Shown here in pieces: positions 28,629 through 38,043 of a DNA stretch of 50,082 nucleotides; the stretch's first letter is position 1; every line of letters starts with the position of its first letter. A model generated the notes under the pieces. The model was not told the DNA's origin and made no database searches. It saw only the letters and a program-made list of their open reading frames with translations. The stretch is taken from NCBI GenBank assembly GCA_018065815.1, contig JAGHSP010000256.1, forward strand, positions 1 through 50,082, written 5' to 3'. This DNA is from Candidatus Sodaliphilus limicaballi (lineage in GTDB: Bacteria; Bacteroidota; Bacteroidia; Bacteroidales; Muribaculaceae). Position numbers and translations under genes: made by a program.

Positions 28629-29573
28629 TTAGTCCTCAATCTCACATTCGTAGCCGTACTCGGCCTTGAACAGGCGCTTGTACTCATCGGGCTGGTTCTT
28701 GCGCAGATCCATGATCTTGTCGCTGGGCACTTCGCTCAGTTTCTGCCAGGTCTGTCCCTGGGGTGCTGCACCCTGGTGTCCTACCACCTGGCTCAACTTC
28801 ACCTGGGCACTCATGGCATCAAAGGTGGCGTTCAGGCTCTCAATGCCGACCTTTTTCCCGAGCTCAATAAAATGGGCCTTCTTGTCGGCGCTGATCTTCT
28901 TCTCGGCGATGGCACCTTCCACAGCGGACTCGATGCGCGACAACTGCAGCGCGTCATTCTCCTTGGCCAGTGTCTCGCGCTCGGCGGCAGCGGCCTTCAA
29001 CTCGGCGACCTTGGCCTTGATGGCCTCCTCGCTCGCGTCTGCCGGCAGACCCAGCAGCAGGGCAAATTCTTCTTTGTTCATCTTCTTGTCTTGTTTTTTA
29101 TTATGGTTCAACTTCGGCAGGGGGCTTTCGCCGTCCTTGCCCATCTCTAATCGCTTGCCGTCTCGCATCAGCACAATGGCGTCATCGTTGGCACCAATGT
29201 CAACGACACTGACCTCAAACAGTTTGCTCCGGGTGATGGTCGGGCTTGTCTGCCCCTCGACGAGGTGCTTCTTGTCCTCGCTCAACTCAAGCACGTCGAT
29301 GCCCACACTCACCATCTTCAAGGAGCCGAACTCCCATTGCTTTTTGCAACGCTGGCTCAACTCGCTGGCCTCGTCAAACATCAGTTCGCCGGTCACTTCG
29401 TCACCCTCGACTTTCAGGTCTTTCACATAGCCTATGACCTGGCCACGCTCGTGCATGTAGAGCAGCACCGGGTTCCGCTCATACTGCGACACGTCCATGC
29501 CGGCGGTCAGCACACGTGTACCGTAACTGTTCAACCGCTCGTTGGTGATTCTTACTCTCTTGTTTTTTGCCAT
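28629..29573 (-). CDS. Prohead protease with C-terminal scaffold
   Basis: NPVLLYMH, MVSVG and LFEVSVVDIGANDDA, then a helical scaffold region. Confidence 0.85.
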   Translation of the reverse strand: MAKNKRVRITNERLNSYGTRVLTAGMDVSQYERNPVLLYMHERGQVIGYVKDLKVEGDEVTGELMFDEASELSQRCKKQWEFGSLKMVSVGIDVLELSEDKKHLVEGQTSPTITRSKLFEVSVVDIGANDDAIVLMRDGKRLEMGKDGESPLPKLNHNKKQDKKMNKEEFALLLGLPADASEEAIKAKVAELKAAAAERETLAKENDALQLSRIESAVEGAIAEKKISADKKAHFIELGKKVGIESLNATFDAMSAQVKLSQVVGHQGAAPQGQTWQKLSEVPSDKIMDLRKNQPDEYKRLFKAEYGYECEIED

Positions 29574-29627
29574 TGTCTTCGTGTTCTTTGTCGCGATTGC
29601 ATCGCGACTGTATGATTAAAATGCACC

Positions 29628-29739
29628 GCAAAATTGGGTGTTTCAAACCAACCGAACAAATAAGTGTGAAACGCTTGCACACTTCTATGAAACCGCTTCA
29701 CACTTCTTTTGCAGTCGCCCCCATTTTGCCCAATTTTGC
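29628..29739. promoter_or_regulatory. Divergent late-gene control region
   Basis: Mirror CCCAATTTTGC boxes (29628-29638 minus, 29729-29739 plus) flank two 20-bp direct repeats at 29667 and 29688. Confidence 0.6.
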
Positions 29740-29783
29740 ACCGTGTTTTAAGACATTTTATTAACGCTAACGACTTTCGCGAA

Positions 29784-30266
29784 ATGAATAAGGCAGAATT
29801 AGAAAACAAGAAGGCACTGGGGCGAACCCTGTTCCTCTCTGGCATGGAACTGACCGAAATTGCCGAGCGCATATCGGTCAGCCGTCAGACGGTCTCGAAG
29901 TGGGCCAATGGCGAGGGATGGAAGGAGGCACGCGCCGCCAAGAACATCACACGTCCGGAACTGGTGAACAAACTCCTCCTGACGATTGACAAACTCATCA
30001 CTTCGGTCAACGAGTCCGACGACCCGACACTCATTGCGGGACTCGGCGACCGTCTGGCAAAACTCTCATCGGTCATCGAGAAACTCGACAAGAAGGCCAA
30101 CGTCGTTGACGCCATCGAGGTATTCATGGCTTTCAACCGCTGGATACAAGACCAGGCTTGCTATGATCCGGAGATAACACCGGAACTCATCAAGGCCATC
30201 AACAAGTACCAGAACTTGTTCCTCAAGGAGAAGATGACCAGCATGACCACCGCCAACGAGCTCTAA
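29784..30266 (+). CDS. Terminase small subunit (HTH)
   Basis: HTH LTEIAERISVSRQTVSKW directly upstream of TerL. Confidence 0.75.
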   Translation: MNKAELENKKALGRTLFLSGMELTEIAERISVSRQTVSKWANGEGWKEARAAKNITRPELVNKLLLTIDKLITSVNESDDPTLIAGLGDRLAKLSSVIEKLDKKANVVDAIEVFMAFNRWIQDQACYDPEITPELIKAINKYQNLFLKEKMTSMTTANEL

Positions 30267-30269
30267 ACC

Positions 30270-31835
30270 ATGGCTGCCATCACCGAGATAAAACGGGCTC
30301 AGGAACGCTGGGAGGAACACTGCCGCCAAATCCAGAGCATGACCGACACGGCAAGCCTGGTGCGCGAGGACGCCACACAGAAGGAGCAGCGCATTCGCCG
30401 CCTCCTGCGTGACTATGCGGCGTTCTGCGAGTATTACTTCCCGCACTTCCTCATCCTCCGGGACAAGTCCACAGGTAAGGCGATACGTACCATCCACAAT
30501 GCGCCGTTCCACAACCAGGCGGCACGCAAGGTGAAAAGCACGCAGAACCTCAAGGCGGTCTTCATGTGGCCGCGTGGACACGCCAAGTCAACCCATTTCG
30601 ACATTTTCATGCCATTATGGCTCATGTTCCAGCCGCAACGGCTCATCAACTTCATGGTGATTGTCGGCAAGTCCGAGGACAGCGCCGACCGGCTCCTGGG
30701 TGACATTCAGGCGGAGCTCCAGTACAACAAGCGCATCATCACCGACTTCGGCGAGCAGATGTCGCTCGGCAACTGGATGGAGGGAGAGTTCTCGACAAAG
30801 CAGGGCGTGAAGTTCCTGGCTGTGGGGCGGGGTCAGTCGCCGCGAGGCCTGCGCGAGCGTGAGGCACGACCCGACTACATCGTGATCGATGACCTGGACG
30901 ACGACGAACTGTGCCGCAACGAGCGCCGTGTCCGCGAACTCACCCAGTGGGTCAAGGAGGCTCTTTTCGGTGCTCTTGACGTTGGTCGTGGCCGCTTCAT
31001 CATGGTGGGCAACCTCATCAGCAAGACTTCTGTACTGGCCAACATCGCCGCCACACGTGGGGTGCATGTCTCAAAGATCTGCGCCGTCGATGCCAAGGGC
31101 AATCCGGTGTGGAAGGAGAAATGGACCAAGCAGGAGGCACAGGAGTATGCCGACTTCGTGGGCTACCGCGCCTGGCAGAAGGAGATGATGCACAACCCCA
31201 TCAGCACAGGGGGCATCTTCAAGCATGAGTGGATTAGATATAAAAAGGTGGCACCGCTGCGCAAGTATGAGCAACTCATCTGCTACACCGACCCGTCGTT
31301 CAAATCGACCACTGCCAACGACTACAAGGCATGCCGCCTGTGGGGCAAACTCGGCAATGAACTTCATCTGATTGACACCTACGTCCGGCAGGACACGGTC
31401 TCGGGAATGGTGCGGTGGCTCTATGACCTGCACGAGCGCATCACCGAGGCGGGAGCGGCGGCATTGTTCTACATGGAGGCCAACTTCATGCAGGACATCA
31501 TCCTTGACGAGTTCACCACCGAGGGCGAGATACGCGGCTACCAGTTGCCCATCATGCCCGACACGCGCAAGAAACCGGAGAAGGTGCAGCGCATCGAGGC
31601 GGTCAGCCCGCTATGGGAGCGAGGCTTCGTGTTCTATAACGAGGCACTCAAGGACAGCCCCGACATGCAGGTGGGCATAGAGCAGACACTGGCACTGGAA
31701 CGGGGCAGCCGTGTCCATGACGATGCGCCTGATGCCGACGAGGGAGCCATCTGGTTCCTCCAGCGAAACACAAGACAACAGATTTATCAACCCAGGCTGA
31801 CTCCGCGCAGCCACATTCCTAAAAACTCCTGGTAA
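30270..31835 (+). CDS. terL: Terminase large subunit
   Basis: PRGHAKST Walker A, IVIDD Walker B, YTDPS and HDDAPDA nuclease motifs. Confidence 0.92.
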   Translation: MAAITEIKRAQERWEEHCRQIQSMTDTASLVREDATQKEQRIRRLLRDYAAFCEYYFPHFLILRDKSTGKAIRTIHNAPFHNQAARKVKSTQNLKAVFMWPRGHAKSTHFDIFMPLWLMFQPQRLINFMVIVGKSEDSADRLLGDIQAELQYNKRIITDFGEQMSLGNWMEGEFSTKQGVKFLAVGRGQSPRGLREREARPDYIVIDDLDDDELCRNERRVRELTQWVKEALFGALDVGRGRFIMVGNLISKTSVLANIAATRGVHVSKICAVDAKGNPVWKEKWTKQEAQEYADFVGYRAWQKEMMHNPISTGGIFKHEWIRYKKVAPLRKYEQLICYTDPSFKSTTANDYKACRLWGKLGNELHLIDTYVRQDTVSGMVRWLYDLHERITEAGAAALFYMEANFMQDIILDEFTTEGEIRGYQLPIMPDTRKKPEKVQRIEAVSPLWERGFVFYNEALKDSPDMQVGIEQTLALERGSRVHDDAPDADEGAIWFLQRNTRQQIYQPRLTPRSHIPKNSW

Positions 31836-31836
31836 T

Positions 31837-32067
31837 ATGTTCAATCTCATCAAGCGACTCATATTCGCATTCAAGTACAAGAGGGCGGTGAAGCGGGCCG
31901 ACTACTTCCGTCACATCACCCACCGCAAGCACATGGTCATCCTCCTGGGCGGCAAGTTGCACGTCATCGCCAAGCAGGACATCAAAACCTTCATCCGCAA
32001 ACGCCTCCTCAAGAAAGGGACCACCGTTGCCGATGTCGAGAAGATTGCACTTTACACAACCATTTAA
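31837..32067 (+). CDS. Small basic hypothetical protein
   Basis: 76 aa, tightly packed in the head operon. Confidence 0.6.
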   Translation: MFNLIKRLIFAFKYKRAVKRADYFRHITHRKHMVILLGGKLHVIAKQDIKTFIRKRLLKKGTTVADVEKIALYTTI

Positions 32068-32079
32068 CAACGACTCGCC

Positions 32080-32499
32080 ATGTTTATAACCGATGAAGAC
32101 TACCGCGTGGTCATCGGCGAGAATGCGCTGAAGACCATCTCACAGGTGAGCGAGACCAACCGCCGGCAGGCCGAGGATGAAGCCGCCGAGGAAATCGCTT
32201 CTTACCTGCGACCGAAATATGACGCCGTGGCCATCTTCAACGCCATCGGCGAGCAGCGCAACTCCTACATTGTGATGATTGCCTGCGACATCGCGCTCTA
32301 CCACCTCTCGGCATCGCTGCCGCAGAAGATGGGTACCGAGGTGCGCAAGGAGCGGTACGACCGCGCCATCAAGTGGCTCGAGGGGGTGCAGGCAGGCAAG
32401 ATTGTGCCCGACCTGCCTCTGGCCACCGACGAGGAAACCGGCGACACGCTCCAGGGTTTCTCCTTTCATAGCGAACCGAAACTGACTAATAACTGGTAA
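32080..32499 (+). CDS. Mu gp36-like head-tail adaptor (DUF1320)
   Basis: IASYLRPKYD, CDIALYHL, RYDRAIKWLEGVQAG. Confidence 0.85.
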   Translation: MFITDEDYRVVIGENALKTISQVSETNRRQAEDEAAEEIASYLRPKYDAVAIFNAIGEQRNSYIVMIACDIALYHLSASLPQKMGTEVRKERYDRAIKWLEGVQAGKIVPDLPLATDEETGDTLQGFSFHSEPKLTNNW

Positions 32500-32503
32500 G
32501 ATC

Positions 32504-33847
32504 ATGGGACTTTTTCAAGACATCATAGACCGCCTCAGCGGCAAGTATGTGCTGCACACGCCGCACGGTGATTTTAACCTGGCACGAAACTCCGACCGCA
32601 AGAAGTTGCACAAGATCATGGTGGACATTCAGCGAACCACCGACAGCCTCACGCGCCAGGATCTGGGCGACTGGCGCAGGGCCTGGCAGATGGCCATCAA
32701 TGTGGACAGCCCCGACCGACTGCGCCTCTATCAGGTGTACCGCGACGTGGAGATTGACGCGCACCTCTCGGGCTGCGTAGAGCAGCGCAAGGGCTTCGTG
32801 CTCTCGCGCTCGTTCAAACTGGTTACACCCGACGGCGACGAGAACGAGGAGGCAATGGACTACTTCGACCAGGCCTGGTTCAAGCAACTCATGCGTTTCG
32901 CCCTCGACAGTATCTACTGGGGACACTCACTCATCGAACTGGGCGATGTGGTCAGCACCGAGAACGGGCTGCTCTCTCTCGACGGCGTGACGCTCATCGA
33001 CCGCCGCCACGTGATTCCCGAATACCACCGTGTGGTCCGCAACATGGGCGATGACTGGAAGTCGGGCATCGACTACCATGAGGCACCGTTTGCCAACCAG
33101 GTCATCGAAGCCGGGCAACCGCACGACCTCGGCCTCTACCTCAAGGCGGCACAGCAGACCATCCCCAAAAAGAACGCCATGGGCTTCTGGGACACGTTCA
33201 CCGAGATCTTCGGCATGCCCATGCGCATCGCAAAGACCACCTCGCGCGACGAGAAAGACATCAGCCGGCTCCAGAAGGTGCTCGACCTCATGGGTAGCAC
33301 CCAGTCGGGCGTGATGCCCGAGGGAACCGAGATTGAGATTGTCGAGTCCTCCAAGGGCGACGCATTCAATGTCTATGACCGACGAATCGACCGAGCCAAC
33401 TCGGAACTGTCGAAACTCATCATCGGGCAGACAATGACCATCGAGGACGGTTCAAGCCTCAGCCAGTCCGAAACACACCTCAAGGTGTTCGAGAACCTGG
33501 TGGAGGCTGACTGCGACCTGATCCGTGACTTAGTGAACACACAACTCATACCACGACTCATCACCATAGGCTTCCCGCTCAAGGGGCTGCGCTTCGACTG
33601 GGACTACTCCATCGACTACACACCCGAGCAGCAAGTGGCCTACGAGACGATGGTGCTGAACAACTACGAGGTTGACCCCTCATACTTCGAGGAGAAGTAC
33701 GGCATGCCGGTGGGCGAGCGCCGGAGCAATGCCCCCGTCGCGCCCACAGAGCCGCCACAGGACGATAAAAAAACCGAAAGCGAGGAAACGCCCACCGAAG
33801 AGAACACAAGCCGCCAGGCGGCGACTGTTCGCCCTTTTTTCGACTGA
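32504..33847 (+). CDS. Portal protein (Mu gp29/DUF935-like)
   Basis: DAHLSGCVEQRK, FTEIFGMPMRIAK, ELSKLIIGQTMT. Confidence 0.88.
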   Translation: MGLFQDIIDRLSGKYVLHTPHGDFNLARNSDRKKLHKIMVDIQRTTDSLTRQDLGDWRRAWQMAINVDSPDRLRLYQVYRDVEIDAHLSGCVEQRKGFVLSRSFKLVTPDGDENEEAMDYFDQAWFKQLMRFALDSIYWGHSLIELGDVVSTENGLLSLDGVTLIDRRHVIPEYHRVVRNMGDDWKSGIDYHEAPFANQVIEAGQPHDLGLYLKAAQQTIPKKNAMGFWDTFTEIFGMPMRIAKTTSRDEKDISRLQKVLDLMGSTQSGVMPEGTEIEIVESSKGDAFNVYDRRIDRANSELSKLIIGQTMTIEDGSSLSQSETHLKVFENLVEADCDLIRDLVNTQLIPRLITIGFPLKGLRFDWDYSIDYTPEQQVAYETMVLNNYEVDPSYFEEKYGMPVGERRSNAPVAPTEPPQDDKKTESEETPTEENTSRQAATVRPFFD

Positions 33848-33852
33848 GCCCC

Positions 33853-35208
33853 GTGGACTACGCGGGGCTGCACCAGCGTTACGCCGAAATCCTGGGTACC
33901 GCCACCTTCGCCTCACCTCGCGAGGAAATTGAGAAGCGCATCCGTGACCGGGTGGGCAAGGCTTTCGAGGGGATGATGCACGCGCTCTACCGCCAGGAGG
34001 GGGCGATGCTGCGGGTCGAGGTGATGGCCGAGCCGGAGGTGACCGACTTCATCAGCACACACGCCGACGCGCTCAACTCGTCGATGCGGCAGGTGGCGAT
34101 GTCAGATGCCATGCGCCAACGGTTGGAGCGGTCTAATTTCATCTTCTCGGGCTTCAAGGCGTTTCACGAACTGAACGAGGCGTTTCCGTCGCTCATCGGT
34201 GAGAACGGCGAGCGCAAGCCGTTCGACACATTCCTCAACGAGGTGCATGCCATCGACGAGACTTACAACGTCAACTATCTGCGTGCCGAGTACAACTTCG
34301 TCAATGCCTCGGCCGACATGGCTGCCAAGTGGGAGCAGATTGAGGCGGACGGCGACCGATATAATCTCCAGTACCGCACACAGCATGATGACAAGGTGAG
34401 ACCGGAACACGCGGCCCTTGATGGGGTCACGCTGCCGCCCAGCGACCCGTTCTGGGAGTCTTACTACCCACCCAATGGATGGAACTGCCGCTGCACAGTC
34501 GCACAGGTCCGCAAGACCAAGTACCCGACAACCGATCCTGCAGAGGCTTATGCCCGTGGCGAGGAGGCACTGCAGCGTGACACGCGCGGCATCTTCCGAT
34601 TCAATCCTGGCAAGCAAGGCAAGGCGATTCCCGACTACAATCCCTACACCATCAAGCGCTGCCGAGACTGCGACATCGCCCAGGGCAAGACCAACCTGGC
34701 TCACATCCCCGACAACGACCTTTGTGCAGCCTGCCGTCTCATTCGTTCTCTTCGTGAAGAAATTCATGGCTATGATCCTCAAGTATGGGTTCACAATTAT
34801 ACCGGGAAAAATAATGACGGTTATGTGATGACAGAGCGGGATAGAATACCAGACGAATCAGCAGACAACAATGATATAGCCAAATACAACAAAGAGTTTG
34901 GCATGTGTAAGGTTGCGGCTGATAATGGTCATAAGGTTGAGTTTTTGAGCGAAAACAACCGAGCAGAGGGACAAACTTTCGATATTCGATTTGATGGAAT
35001 ACCTACAGAATTAAAAGCCACTATTGGCACAGGTAACATCGTCGGTTATTATAGTTATGCAAGGAAGCATCAAGGTGCAGAAGCTGTTTTCTTCCGTTTT
35101 CCGCATGGCTCAACGGAATTATTCAAGCGATTATCAGAAGCCAAAAGAAAATATGGTGGCAGAATATTCTATTACTATGAAAATGAGAATATAGTGATGG
35201 AATTCTAA
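33853..35208 (+). CDS. MuF (Mu gpF-like) head protein with a C-terminal nuclease-like extension
   Basis: DDKVRPEHAALDG...YYPPNGWNCRC MuF motif; low-GC C-terminus with FDIRFDGIPTELK. Confidence 0.82.
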   Translation: MDYAGLHQRYAEILGTATFASPREEIEKRIRDRVGKAFEGMMHALYRQEGAMLRVEVMAEPEVTDFISTHADALNSSMRQVAMSDAMRQRLERSNFIFSGFKAFHELNEAFPSLIGENGERKPFDTFLNEVHAIDETYNVNYLRAEYNFVNASADMAAKWEQIEADGDRYNLQYRTQHDDKVRPEHAALDGVTLPPSDPFWESYYPPNGWNCRCTVAQVRKTKYPTTDPAEAYARGEEALQRDTRGIFRFNPGKQGKAIPDYNPYTIKRCRDCDIAQGKTNLAHIPDNDLCAACRLIRSLREEIHGYDPQVWVHNYTGKNNDGYVMTERDRIPDESADNNDIAKYNKEFGMCKVAADNGHKVEFLSENNRAEGQTFDIRFDGIPTELKATIGTGNIVGYYSYARKHQGAEAVFFRFPHGSTELFKRLSEAKRKYGGRIFYYYENENIVMEF

Positions 35209-35285
35209 AAAGAAAGGCCGATAAATCGGCCTCAGGCGGTACAACAGCCTTGCGGCCTTGTCCCTATCTTCATCGCTGAAGACAT
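35207..35285 (-). ncRNA. Candidate ~75-80 nt small RNA
   Basis: TACCTTTG -7 box (35288-35295), two GNRA hairpins, terminator hairpin plus U tract; no ORF. Confidence 0.5.
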
Positions 35286-35322
35286 TACAAAGGTAATACT
35301 TATTTTTCAATTAGCAACTATC

Positions 35323-35496
35323 ATGGACAAAAAAAATAAAAAACGCTACTGCATTGACGAGAAAATCAACCGGCAGGTACGCCGCGCCAGGATGAGGACT
35401 AAGACAGGCATCATCCTTTTCCTATCTGCCACCTTGGTTGCCGCAGTCTGTTTTCTCGTGTTTATCATCAGCTCAATTTTCTGTATCACTAAATAA
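35323..35496 (+). CDS. 57-aa basic protein with a C-terminal TM helix, not in the ORF track
   Basis: MDKKNKKRYC...GIILFLSATLVAAVCFLVFIISSIFCITK*. Confidence 0.5.
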   Translation: MDKKNKKRYCIDEKINRQVRRARMRTKTGIILFLSATLVAAVCFLVFIISSIFCITK

Positions 35497-35505
35497 TCAA
35501 TAATC

Positions 35506-35712
35506 ATGGACAAGTTAACCGTCAACATCGAATTTACCCGCGACCAGGTGGCAACAGTGGCAACTCTCGCAGGTGTAGAACTGGACCAGGAAGTATGGGA
35601 CAAGGTCACAGAGAAACCTGTAAACCTCAGCATGGGTGATATTGATGACAAAGAAGCCCGACTCGGTCTGTTAATCGCAATTGTAGGCATTGCCATGGAC
35701 AAAGCCCTCTGA
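35506..35712 (+). CDS. Small hypothetical protein
   Basis: 68-aa ORF with an AT-rich leader. Confidence 0.55.
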   Translation: MDKLTVNIEFTRDQVATVATLAGVELDQEVWDKVTEKPVNLSMGDIDDKEARLGLLIAIVGIAMDKAL

Positions 35713-35737
35713 CATCACTCAATAAAAAGCAACAACT

Positions 35738-36490
35738 ATGGCATCATTATTTCAAGATTACGACGAATTTGTTGAGAAGTTCAAACCGAAAAAGACCACC
35801 GACGATTGCTATACACCCAAAGCGGTCTATGATGTCGTACTCGAGTACGTCAATGGCATCACATCGCTTGATGGGCGACACATCGTCCGCCCATTTTGGC
35901 CAGGTGCCGACTTCACTGAGTGCGATTATCCAGACGGTTGCATTGTCATTGACAACCCTCCGTTCTCAATATACAGCAAGATTGTGCGCTGGTTCCTTGC
36001 ACATGATATAGACTTCTTTATATTCGCACCGGGACTTACCCAGCGCGTCGCAGGTGCGGACGTGTGCTATGTTGCCACGATGGCAGACGTCACCTATGAC
36101 AATGGTGCACTGGTGCGCACCTCATTCACGACTAACATCATTAAAGACTATCGCCTGATGACTGCGCCCAAGTTGGCCGAGGACATCCGCAAGGCATCAA
36201 AAAAACCGACACGAGGCCAGCCTATCATATATGAATATCCCGATAACCTTATCACTCTTGCGCTGCTGGGCAAACTCAATCAGCGAGGCATCGACTTCTC
36301 AGTGCGTAAAGACGAGTGCGCAGAGGTGACCAATATCGATGCGCTCCGCCGTGTCAAGAAATCATTATTTGGTGGCGGTTTCTTGCTCAGCGAACGCGCT
36401 GCCGCGGAACGCGCTGCCGCGGAACGCGCTGCCGCGCGTGAGCGTCTTAAACTGACGCTCACGCGCGACGAGCTCGCCATGATCCCATAG
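35738..36490 (+). CDS. Putative DNA amino-methyltransferase (NPPF type)
   Basis: DDCYTP and IVIDNPPFS motifs. Confidence 0.7.
   Translation: MASLFQDYDEFVEKFKPKKTTDDCYTPKAVYDVVLEYVNGITSLDGRHIVRPFWPGADFTECDYPDGCIVIDNPPFSIYSKIVRWFLAHDIDFFIFAPGLTQRVAGADVCYVATMADVTYDNGALVRTSFTTNIIKDYRLMTAPKLAEDIRKASKKPTRGQPIIYEYPDNLITLALLGKLNQRGIDFSVRKDECAEVTNIDALRRVKKSLFGGGFLLSERAAAERAAAERAAARERLKLTLTRDELAMIP
36392..36436 (+). repeat. In-frame 15-bp tandem repeat x3 (ERAAA)
   Basis: GAACGCGCTGCCGCG x3. Confidence 0.9.
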
Positions 36491-36492
36491 TC

Positions 36493-37131
36493 TCACACAT
36501 TCAAGTCGAACCGCACGTCCTCGTTGCCGGCAAGCAGCTCGCGCGTCCGATCGATGTTGTTCTCATAGATGTGAACATTGCCCAGAAACAGCGTGATCGA
36601 CTTCAACGGCAGCTCTATCTGACGCGCCATCAGGTACAGGTGGTATATGTCAGCCGGAAGCCCCAGGTTGGCGTCGCTGCTGCGCTGGTAGGCGCTCAGC
36701 ACCAATTCACCGTCATCAATCTGGAACTGCACCAGGCTCAGGCATGGTGCCTGGTTGCTCTCGGCATTGGTCTCGCCCAGGAACAGGACGTAGTTCTTGC
36801 TGTTGCGCTTCTCGCGGTTGATTCTGGCGAGCAGAGGCGGCAACTTCTCCAGATAGGTCGGGTAACTGTTGACCAGGATTGATCCGCAGTAGTCCCACCA
36901 GTTGATGCCAACATCTCGGTATTTTTCCACCTGACGCTCGCCCTGCATGAACAGGCGCAACTCGCTCTTCAACTTCTTGCGGGCGATGCCATGGCTCTCA
37001 AATATATCGAGCAGGTCGGCGGGTGTTAGGTGCAGCGGCTCATTCAACAGGTAGCGGATGTTGCCCTTTTTGTTGGTCTGGGTCTTGCCCTGGTCCAATA
37101 CTTTGCTAAGGATTTGGTGATACTTATTCAT
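36493..37131 (-). CDS. Short thymidylate-synthase-family protein
   Basis: Catalytic PC, VQF, YQRSSDANLGLPAD, GNVHIYENN. Confidence 0.88.
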   Translation of the reverse strand: MNKYHQILSKVLDQGKTQTNKKGNIRYLLNEPLHLTPADLLDIFESHGIARKKLKSELRLFMQGERQVEKYRDVGINWWDYCGSILVNSYPTYLEKLPPLLARINREKRNSKNYVLFLGETNAESNQAPCLSLVQFQIDDGELVLSAYQRSSDANLGLPADIYHLYLMARQIELPLKSITLFLGNVHIYENNIDRTRELLAGNEDVRFDLNV

Positions 37132-37156
37132 GGCTCTAATGTGGTTTTAATGCCGT

Positions 37157-37993
37157 TCAAGCGGCGTTATAAATCATCATGTCAGTATAACTCGAGTTGT
37201 AGTTCATCTGGGCATGGAACTTCACCACATGACAGCCGGCAAAGGGATTGCCCTGGTCACGGTTCTTGCCCAGCCAGGAGCATAACTCAACGATGCTCGA
37301 CTTGTTGCTGGTGAAGTAGATGAAGCGGTGGTCACGCAGCACGTTCAGCACATCAAGGTAGTCACTCAGTCTCCAATACATCTTGTAGGTTCCGGCTTCG
37401 GTACTCAGGTAGGGAGGGTCAACCAGGAACACCACACCGGGCTCGTCCTTGTATCGCTCAAACACCTCATGATAGTCGGCACTGGTGATGGTCAGCCCGT
37501 CCAGATAATCACCTGCAGGGGCAAAGTCGGTGGTGCGAATTTTGTTATAAAACACCTCTTTTTTCAGTTCCTCGAGGCTCAGTTTGTATTTCATTGAGAA
37601 CAGGATAGAGGGCGACAGGCTGATGTAGTCCACACTGCCATATCTCGCCTCATGAGCGGCGATGGCATCTATCACGCGCAATCGCGCCTCGTCCTTGATG
37701 GGCGACCTCCTCTCAATGCCGGCTGTAATGTCACGCAGCCGGGCAAGCAACTCATTGGTCTCGGGAATACGCTCCAGACGCTCGCGGTAGTTATCGTAGT
37801 CGTTATATACGACCTTGCTGTTGGGTTTCTGGTGCTTGACGATGTGCGACAGCAAGCCGCTGCCGCCGAACAGGTCAACAAAGGTGGTGCCGTCAGGGTA
37901 CTGCTCGAGCACCTGCATAAACGGCTTGGCGAAGTTCCGCTTCTGGCCCACGAAAGGAAGCGGAGCCGAAAGGTATAGTTTTTTCGTTTCCAT
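37157..37993 (-). CDS. Dam-like DNA adenine methyltransferase
   Basis: PLPFVGQK, VDLFGGSG (SAM binding), VDPPY (catalytic). Confidence 0.85.
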   Translation of the reverse strand: METKKLYLSAPLPFVGQKRNFAKPFMQVLEQYPDGTTFVDLFGGSGLLSHIVKHQKPNSKVVYNDYDNYRERLERIPETNELLARLRDITAGIERRSPIKDEARLRVIDAIAAHEARYGSVDYISLSPSILFSMKYKLSLEELKKEVFYNKIRTTDFAPAGDYLDGLTITSADYHEVFERYKDEPGVVFLVDPPYLSTEAGTYKMYWRLSDYLDVLNVLRDHRFIYFTSNKSSIVELCSWLGKNRDQGNPFAGCHVVKFHAQMNYNSSYTDMMIYNAA

Positions 37994-38043
37994 GCAGCAA
38001 AGGTCGGTTTTTCTTGCCAACCGTGCCACACAGAAAAAAGCAA

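Noticed and set aside
35738-37993. Restriction-modification system
   Set aside because: No cognate endonuclease next to either methyltransferase
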